Origin: Vicugna vicugna
Taxonomy: Eukaryota
Length of the DNA: 64,000 nt
Reading direction: 5' to 3'
Assembly (NCBI GenBank): GCA_013265495.1
Contig: MU057989.1
Location: 1,257,513-1,321,512, forward strand
The translations under genes were made by a program, and so were the position numbers. This document shows, one piece after another, positions 56,080 to 64,000 of the stretch (the stretch's first letter is position 1; every line of letters begins with the position of its first letter). The notes under the pieces are model-generated. The model made no database searches. It worked only from the letters and a program-made list of their open reading frames with translations, and had not been told where the DNA came from.

Positions 56080-57050
56080 TTTTTTTTTTAAGTGTACAAT
56101 TTACTGATTTTCAGTATATTCACAGAGTTGTATAACTATCACTACAATTAATTTAAGAACATTTTCAGCACCTCAGAGAGAAACCCCATACCATAAGCAC
56201 TTATTCCCCGTTCTCTCTCTTCTGCCCTTAAAATTGTTAACCTACTCTTTCTATATATAGATTTGCCTATTCTGGAAATTTCACAGAAGTTAAGTCATGT
56301 GATATGTGGGCTTTTGTGACTGGTTTCTTTTACTTTAGAATAATGTTTTCCAGGTTTATCCACGTTATAACACATATCAGTACTTCATTCCTTTTAATGG
56401 TCAAATAACATTACATTGCATGGATATACTATGTTTTATTTACCTATTCATCGGTTGGTGGGTATTTGGATTGTTGCCACTTTTTTGGTATTATGAGTAG
56501 TGCTGCTGTGAACATCCATGTGTAAGTTTTGTGTAGACCTATGTTTTTATTTCTCTGGGGTATGTACATATACCTAGGTGTGGACTTGCTGGATCAGTTC
56601 ATAGTAATTCTAATTGCCACATTTAACCTTTTGAGGAACTTCTGAACTCTTTCAAAGTGGCTGCACTGTTTTAGATTCTCACCAGCCTTTGTGAAGGTTC
56701 CAGTTTCTCCATATCCTTACCAACACTTGTTATCTGTCTTTTTGATTCAAGTCATCCTAGTGGGTGTGAAGTGGTGTCTCACTGTGGTTTTGATTTGCTT
56801 TTCAATGGTGGCTAATGATGTTGAGCACCTTTTCATGTGCTTATTGGCCATTTACTATGTATATATTCAGATTCTTTGCCCATTTTTTGTGTGCAGGGTC
56901 TGGGCGGTAATTAGGTTTATCTTTTTTTATTTGGAGATCCTGGGGATTGAACCCAGGACCTTGTGCATGCTAAGCTAGCACTCTGTCACTAAGCTATACT
57001 GCCCACTCCTTTGCACACTTTTAAATTGAGTTGTCTTTTTATTACTGGGC
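56080..57050 (-). mobile_element. L1 (L1MB-like) antisense fragment in DNAJA3 intron 2
   Basis: Poly-T start; TAGATTTGCCTATTCTGG, CCTAGTGGGTGTGAAGTGG and GATGTTGAGCACCTTTTCATGTGC motifs. Confidence 0.85.
56886..57007 (-). mobile_element. tRNA-Ala-derived SINE inside an L1
   Basis: Reverse-complement head GGGGATTGAACCCAGGACCTTGTGCATGCTAAG; approximate TSD CTTTGC.CA.TTTT. Confidence 0.85.
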
Positions 57051-58482
57051 TGTAAGGGAATGAGGAAGGACTGGAGGTAGGAAGCAGAGATCCTGGCTTG
57101 GGATAGTGAATAGCATGTCTTTTGAGCTGATGCAAGGGTGGGAGGAGGTTGGGAAGACGGAGGGTGGGGCCACCTTAATGGGGCATACGAGGCCATTAGC
57201 AAGTACTAGAGATTGAATTGAAGAGACAGTAGGGAACCATCCAAGTTTTCAGGTGTGGAAGTGAAAGGATCAGGTAGAGCTGTGTAATTTAAAACTGGAA
57301 ATTTAAAACATAGTCTCTATGGAGCAGTTACTGAGGTTAGACCTTGATCAAGACCTTGGGACCATCTCTGTGACCTACCATGGTGTATGGCCCGTGCCTA
57401 GACAGCCCCCTTCAGACTTGGCACACAGCCTCTATTGTGCTTCCTTCTGCTGGAGTGAGGTCCAGCATCTCCAGGAGCAGAGTAAGCAGCCAGCTGCTGG
57501 CAGTGACGGAGCCAGACGCCTCCTGAGCCACTTTCATCTTCTGGAGTCTGTGCCCTCTTCACCCTTACATCAGGGTGATCCAGACTTGGAATGAATCAGG
57601 AGCCTCAGCAAACACAGTGATGACCTGCAGAGCACACAGCACTTCTCGGTGTGGCCAGGAGGAGGCCCTCATTTTAGAGCTGCTCAGCATGCCAGTGTGC
57701 TTCTGGACAGCCGCGTGAGATCCTGTTTTGTTTTTTAAGATTTAAATCTATGTTTTGAGTAGGTAATACATTCTCTTTTTGAGAATTCAGAAAGTGCAAA
57801 GGAGTGCACAGTGAAAAGCCTTCCTCCTTCCCGTTCATCTCCATCCCTCCAGTAGCAGTCAGTGTTTCCAGTTTATTGTATGTTCTTCTAGAATTAAGTT
57901 ATATAGCAGATACACCTACTTACCTATCCAATTATTGTCCTCTTTTTTTTTTACAAAGGTGATAATCTACTAGATACACTGCTTTGTGTCTTTCACAACG
58001 GTGCCCATTCTAAAGAATTAGTTGTTATTTTTGTTAGAGATTTGTTATGGTTGAAAAATGTGTATATACCTCAGATTTGAAGAAAAGGTTTATTTTATTT
58101 TATTTTATTTTGTTTTATTTATTACCCTTAAATAATAAACTTTTGGTCAAATTTGAAAACAACACAATGAATGGAGTGTATGTTCTTAATTCTGGCTGCA
58201 TGTGTTTTGCTTTTTGTTTGTTTTCATTGAGGTATAATTGACATGTTAGTTTCAGATGTACAACATAATGATTCAATATTTGTATACACTGTGAAATGAT
58301 CATCACAATAAGTCTAGTTAGAGATGGTTTATTTTAAAGTCTAAAACCTTGTTTTAAGAATTGCTATTGGTTGCAAAATCTTAGACAACTGCTACAAAGG
58401 ACGTGAGGTTGTGACTGGTATCTGGGGTTCAGTTTTAGTAATCATCCTATGTTCATAGTAATTTGACTATTTCCTCCCTTAG

Positions 58483-58566
58483 CTTGCCAAGAAGTATCAC
58501 CCAGACACGAATAAGGATGATCCCAAAGCCAAGGAGAAGTTCTCCCAGCTGGCAGAGGCCTATGAG
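58483..58566 (+). CDS. DNAJA3: DNAJA3 exon 3 ([28 protein letters not shown]), HPD motif
   Basis: Translated by hand; TAG acceptor, GTATGT donor, 84 nt; J-domain HPD. Confidence 0.98.
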
Positions 58567-59304
58567 GTATGTGGCCCGCCGGTGTGTGCGGTCACTGTCA
58601 TTCAGCTGTGTGTGTGCGTCAGTGTGCTGCCCAGTGGGACCTGACTTGTTAGAAGTGTGAAGGTTGTGTCCCTGCACCAGATCACCTCCTAGAAGAGAAA
58701 CAAGATTCCCAGGTCTCACACTAGATCTAACTTGGAATCTCAACAGAGAACAGGATCCAGTAATTTGTAGCAACCGAGCTCCCCAGGTCACTGGGACTTG
58801 TAGCTGGGTCTGGGAACTCCTTGTTGGATTATGTAGTTCCACACCTATTTGATGACCCCGCTCCTACGTAGGGCATCGCTGTCTGGTGGGATGGTGGGTG
58901 TTATAAAAGTAGACCACCACTGCCCTGGAAGAAGAGGGCCGAAGTGGACAGCAAACAGCCGCCGAACAACTACAGAGCTCTGTGAAAGTGGGCCTCCTCC
59001 CAGACTTCGGCCGCGTTGAAGGGCCTCGGGATGTGCATGTAGGGTATCATACGTCTCCTGTGTGTGTGCGCGCGTGCATCCTCCAGCCATTTGAGAGGAA
59101 GTCGCGGACAGGGTATCTCTCTATTCCTAAGTGCTTCTGTGTGTGTATTCTCTAAGAACAAGAACATTCTTTTCCATAACCGCAGTACCGTTGTCAGGAT
59201 CAGGAAATTTCACGTTGAGATGATACCACTGTCCTTACTTGGCGGCCGTGTCCCTGGGCCTCAGGAGGCTTGGGAGACCCTGACGGCTGTGCCTTTCACC
59301 ATAG

Positions 59305-59505
59305 GTTCTGAGTGATGAGGTGAAGAGGAAGCAGTATGACACCTATGGCTCCGCTGGCTTCGATCCTGGGGCTGGCAGCTCCGGGCAGAGCTACTGGAAA
59401 GGAGGCCCCACTGTCGACCCAGAGGAGCTCTTCAGGAAGATTTTTGGGGAGTTCTCATCCTCTTCTTTTGGAGATTTCCAGGGGGTATTCAATCAGCCTC
59501 AGGAG
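59305..59505 (+). CDS. DNAJA3: DNAJA3 exon 4 (VLSDEVKRKQYDTYG...FQGVFNQPQE), end of J domain and G/F-rich region
   Basis: TAG acceptor, GTAAG donor, 201 nt. Confidence 0.97.
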
Positions 59506-60069
59506 GTAAGCATCTCATTTTGAGGAATCATTCCAATTTTGGCTGCTCAGTGTGATGCAAACAGATTTTGCCAGTTTCTGTTTCTCAAAGAAGAAGGTAA
59601 AGTGGCTTAAATGGAATGATTTAGGGGTAGCCATCTTGGTAGGAAATAGTTCCAGTATTTGGAGAACTGTGTAAGTAATAAGGTGCACCAGTTTGCTCAA
59701 TCAGGCAGCACCTCAGGCTCTCAGAGTCCATAATTAGAGTGGGAGTATTTTATCTAGAGCCTGTGTCATTATTCTTGGAGAGCTCAATCCAGTAGGGAGG
59801 TAGTGCCAATACCATCTCTTCTGTATTTATGTCTTGTTTAAGATATTATCAGAGTTAGAGAGGGGAAATGTTTCATTATGTAAGTTACGATTGTGGATCA
59901 TTTGAGCTGTTAGTAAGGACCATGTACAAATGTTATCCCTGAGCATTTTCAGTTTATTGAAAAGTACATTTTCACTTAAATTAAAAAAAAAAATCTCCTA
60001 AAAATCCCAAGGAGCAGGGCAGAATCAGTTAAGTGAGTGCCATCTATTCTTACTTGACAGAATACAGGT

Positions 60070-60580
60070 AAGTTAAAAAGTAAAATAATTGGGAGAAGAG
60101 ATGAATTGGTGGAGCACAGGATTTTCAGGGCAGAGAAAACTTTTTGCATGATACTATAATGAGGCTACAAGCTATCGTATGTTTGTTCAGACCCAGAGAG
60201 TGTACAAGACCAGGAGTGAATCCTATTGTAAACTATGGGCTTTGAACGTTTATATGTCAATATAGGTTCATCTTTTTTTTGGCTTTTTGTTTTTTGAGGG
60301 GGAGGTAATTGGGTTTACTTATTTACTTATATTTGGAGGAGATACTGGAAATGAACCCAGGACCTTGTGCATGCTAAGCATGTGCTCTACCACATGAGCT
60401 ATACCCTCCCCTCTACATAGCTTCATCCTTGATTAAAAAAAAAAAGTACCATTCTGGTGGGCGATGTTGATAATGGAGGAGGCTGTGCATGTGTGGAGGC
60501 AAAGGGTATGTGGGAAATATCTGTACCTCCCTCTCAATTTTGGAAACCTAAAACTGCTTTAACAAATAAAGTCTTTAAAA
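60070..60580 (+). mobile_element. L1 3' UTR fragment (L1MC/MD-like) in DNAJA3 intron 4
   Basis: GGAGCACAGG..GATACTATAATG..GTGAATCCTATTGTAAACTATGG..TAATGGAGGAGGCTGTGCATG..AAACCTAAAACTGCT. Confidence 0.75.
60273..60415 (-). mobile_element. tRNA-Ala-derived SINE inside an L1 3' end
   Basis: Same family; TSD ATAG(G/C)TTCATC. Confidence 0.85.
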
Positions 60581-60664
60581 GAGAAAGTGAAGTAACTGTA
60601 AACTGCAGGCCAGCTCCCTCCCTTACTTTTAGAGAGATAACAGGTCATCCTTTGATTTATTTAG

Positions 60665-60817
60665 TACATCATGGAGTTGACATTCAATCAAGCTGCCAAG
60701 GGCGTCAACAAGGAGTTCACGGTGAACATCATGGATACCTGTGAGCGGTGTGACGGCAAGGGGAGCGAGCCTGGCACCAAGGTGCAGCACTGCCACTACT
60801 GCGGTGGCTCCGGCATG
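60665..60817 (+). CDS. DNAJA3: DNAJA3 exon 5 (YIMELTFNQAAKG...CERCDGKG...CHYCGGSGM), first two CxxCxGxG zinc-finger repeats
   Basis: TAG acceptor, GTGAG donor, 153 nt; gene continues beyond the window. Confidence 0.97.
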
Positions 60818-61129
60818 GTGAGAGCGTGTCAGGGCCTGGCCTCCCGGGGTCCCCTCCACTGTGCTCCCTACCCTTCTCCCCACCATTCCTTTTTCCTGTG
60901 CGCCCGTGAATATTTATTCAGCAGTACCTAGGGCTTTGTGGGTTCATAACTAGGTGGGACGATTTTATCTAGAACCTTCTTTGTGTTTCCAGGGGTGCTC
61001 TGTCCTGGTCAGCAATACAGAAGCAGCACAGAAACTGCTGTCCTCCGTGTGAATGTACTTTGGGCCATTTTGGTCATTTGAAACCAGGGTCGGGGGAAGG
61101 GAACTGAAATTTTGATTGAAATATAATCT

Positions 61130-63050
61130 TTCTTTTTCTTTTTGTTGAGCTTTAGATATAATTCAAACTTAGAGTATTATGAAGAACTGCTCCCTTCTTC
61201 CTTTTACCCAGCTTCACCAGTTGTTAATACTTTGTCCCATTTGCTTTGTCATTTATGGTGTGTATTTTCTAAGAGCAAGAACATTTTTTTTTTTTTGAGT
61301 AAAGGTAGATTTATTCAGAGAAATACATTGAAAGGCAAGAGAAAGGCCACGAAGTGTGGCGGTTGGGTGCTCAGATTAAAAGTAGGTACACACTCCATAG
61401 GCAGAGTGTGAGCTGTCTCCAAAGAGGGAGAGAGAGGGGACCAAGAACATTCTTTTATGTAACCACACAGTAAGTTGTCAAAATCAGGAGATTTAATATC
61501 GATACAATACCATTATCTGTACTTACTCAAATTTTTTCATTTGTCCTTATAATGCTCTTTTTACCCCCAGGCCCAGGATCCAATCTAGGATCTTTGCAGT
61601 GTTTGGTTGTCATATTTTTTGTCTGCTATAATTGGGAACAGTTTCTCAGTCTTCCTTTGTCTGTCATGAACTTGACAGTTTTTTGAGATTACAGGCCAGC
61701 TGCTTTGTAGAATGTCCCTCCTTTGGGTCATCTGATATTTTCTCATGATAAGATTTAGATTGTGCATTTTTGGCAGAGACACCCCAGAGATGTAGTGCCC
61801 TTTCCATGGATCATCTCTGGAGTCATGAGGTGTCAGTCTGTCCTGTTAGCGCTGATGTTAATGTTTGATCACAGTCAGTTAAGGTACTGTCTGCCGGCTT
61901 TCTTCACTGTAAAGTTACAATTTCAAAATTAACAAGGAAGTCATGAGGTATCTTGACACTATGTAAGTACCCTGTTCCTTATCAAACTTTTACCCACTAG
62001 TTATAGCATCCATTAGTCATTCTTGCCTAAAATTAATAATTACTGTTACTGTTGCAAAATGGTGATTTTCTGATTACAATATCCCTTCTTTGTTTATTAG
62101 TTGGCATTCTACCGAAAGAAGAGCTTTCTTTTCTTCTCCATTTATTTATTCATTTGTTCGTATCAGTATAAACTCACAGACTGTTATTTTATTCACTGGG
62201 GCATCATCAAGATAACTACTTACTTTCATGCCCAAATTATCCCCAACTTGGCCTGTGGAAGTCTCTTCCAGCTGACTGCTGTGTCCTTTTGACATGGCCC
62301 CATCGTTCTCTCAGCACTTCCTTACTTTCTATCACAACAGGATATTCTAGACAACTTGTACTTTGCCTGCCATACCCTGGAACTAGCCATTTCTCCAAGG
62401 AGTCCTGGTTCCTTTTAGTGTCTAATGGGATTTAGAAACCAAGATCTGTGCCTCAGGTGTGTGCATTGTGCCTGGAGTGTCACTGCTTCCAAATCCTCTC
62501 AGCAGACTGAGCCAGGAAAAAAGTGTGTGCTTGTGCATGTGAGCACTTGTGCATGTGCACACACAGATACATATTCCATATCTATCTGTTTTTCCATATT
62601 CATATTGTAGATGTATATATGCACGTATGTACACACCAATCCAGCCACTCTTGCAAACCACCCACCATGCATCCAACATATCAGTGAGTTCAACCTGATT
62701 GTTCCACTTTCAGTCCAACACCACTGGGTTTATCTAGTCTTCTGCCTGTCTACATTTGAAACTATTTTCTAGTAAAGAGAAGTCTGGCTCTAATTATCCT
62801 TAATATTCATTTGTTTGATCCTGCAACACAAAAAGTAGTTTCAGAATCGTTACTCATACCACTGCAGGATACAGTCCTACTTAACTGGCATGTGATATCT
62901 AGAGTTCTTTTTATCTTTAGATTGAGGGTATGTTGTTAAAATACTGTGCTCAGTTTATGTAGGTCACTTCTTTTTCTCCCACTTCACTATGATTATACTA
63001 TTTGTTTGAAATGCAGTCAGGTTTCCATTGAATATGTTTGTATTGCATTT
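61130..63050 (-). mobile_element. Old L1 (L1MC/ME-like) 3' region, antisense, in DNAJA3 intron 5
   Basis: T-rich degenerate L1 3' UTR motifs (TTTGTAGAATGTCCCTC, CACTGTAAAGTTAC, CCATTTCTCCAAGGAG.CCTGGTTCCTTT). Confidence 0.65.
61286..61441 (-). mobile_element. Short polyadenylated retroposed insert with TSD; LTR R-region-like sequence
   Basis: T13 run at 61284-61296; TTTATT at 61310-61315 (AATAAA on -); TSD CAAGAACATT at 61276-61285 and 61442-61451. Confidence 0.8.
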
Positions 63051-63249
63051 AAATGGTTTCTTTTTTAAGGGAGTTGGATTGTTTGCCTCCCCTCCTTTAA
63101 ATTCAGATCATTGTGGTTTGTGTGTGTACGGGGGCGGGGAGGGGATAGAATTTGTCTTTGAGCACTGAAAAGCATAAAAAGGAGACAGAAGTCTCTGATA
63201 GTCCCACCACTGTTAGTATTTTAGTGTGTTACCTGCTAGTTGTTGATTA

Positions 63250-63402
63250 GGGATGTTATTTTTGTTTTATATTAGCTAAGTTCGGGGGGGGTTGTAATTA
63301 GATTTATTTTTTCGTTTTTTAGATAGAGGTACTGGGGATTGAACCCAGGACCGCGTGCATGCTAAGCACGCACTCTGCTACTGAGCTGTACCCTCCCCTC
63401 TT
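63250..63402 (-). mobile_element. tRNA-Ala-derived SINE
   Basis: Same family; approximate TSD TGCTAGTT.TTGA.TA. Confidence 0.85.
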
Positions 63403-63495
63403 TGCTAGTTTTTGAATAAGTTATATATGCAAATCTTTGAAAATTCAGTGGGTACAAATTGAGAACTGCGTAAGATAAGTCTCCCTTGCATTCTT

Positions 63496-63639
63496 CTTCT
63501 TTTTTGTCTTTTTTTGACGAGGTTGGTAATTAGGTTTATTTATTTATTCATTTATTTTTGGAGGAGACTCTGGGGATTGAACGCAGGACCTCATGCGTGC
63601 TAAACATGCACTTTACCACTTGAGCTATATAACCTCCCC
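63496..63639 (-). mobile_element. tRNA-Ala-derived SINE
   Basis: Same family; perfect TSD CTCCCTTGCATTCTT at 63481-63495 and 63640-63654. Confidence 0.88.
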
Positions 63640-64000
63640 CTCCCTTGCATTCTTGACTTTTACATTGCGTTCCACTCTCCAGAAGCAGCCTTTTGTTCTA
63701 GATGCAAGCCTGTATGTGCACGCATATGTGTGCGTGCATTTTTTCATACCAAAGGTAGAATACACTGTTAGCACTGTTTGTACCCTGGTGTTTTGTGTCT
63801 ACTTCTTAGTATGTTTGGGAAATACTCTGCACGTATAACTGCCTCACTCTTTTTATGGTCACAATAGTCCTTCATATAGACACATCACTGTTTGTTTAGC
63901 CAGGCCACTATCGCTGGATGTTTTGCTGTTTCTCATCTTTTGCTATTATAGACAGTGAATATTTTTGCATAATGTCATTTCTTATATTCATTTTTTTGAA

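Noticed and set aside
63325..63400. tRNA-Ala(AGC)-like genes here and at the other eight SINE heads
   Set aside because: The copies have SINE tails, flanking duplications and stem-breaking substitutions, so they are retroposons rather than functional tRNAs.
1..64000. CRISPR arrays, prokaryotic operons, or intact transposase/ERV genes
   Set aside because: No regularly spaced repeat-spacer array and no intact mobile-element ORF was seen; the sequence is ordinary mammalian gene-rich DNA.

Overview
Mammalian genomic DNA, probably a camelid, judging from nine copies of a tRNA-Ala-derived SINE that looks like the vic-1 family. The region corresponds to the human CORO7/VASN/DNAJA3 locus. Three protein-coding genes can be reconstructed by hand with canonical GT-AG splice sites. 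(1) VASN (vasorin): its single coding exon is on + at 6871-8904 (677 aa), nested antisense in intron 9 of CORO7. (2) CORO7 (coronin 7): coding exons 1-9 are on - from 40502 down to 13824 (785 nt); the gene continues off the left edge. (3) DNAJA3 (Tid1): coding exons 1-5 are on + from 49848 to 60817 (783 nt); the gene continues off the right edge. CORO7 and DNAJA3 are transcribed divergently from separate CpG-island promoters about 9 kb apart. The rest is intronic or intergenic sequence with L1, L2, MIR, MaLR LTR, hAT MER and lineage-specific SINE remnants; repeat boundaries and subfamily names are approximate and from recall. I found no convincing new biological system. The best leads are: an unexplained ~3.3 kb island between the two promoters (M-box plus RFX X-box, a Kozak ATG, decayed ORF-like sequence and splice-like sites); a short polyadenylated LTR-like retroposon with target-site duplication; TEAD and HIF/MiT/AP-1 motif clusters upstream of the VASN coding exon; and a strong CTCF site. 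Nearly all other ORFs in the supplied track look like chance products of GC-rich or repeat DNA.
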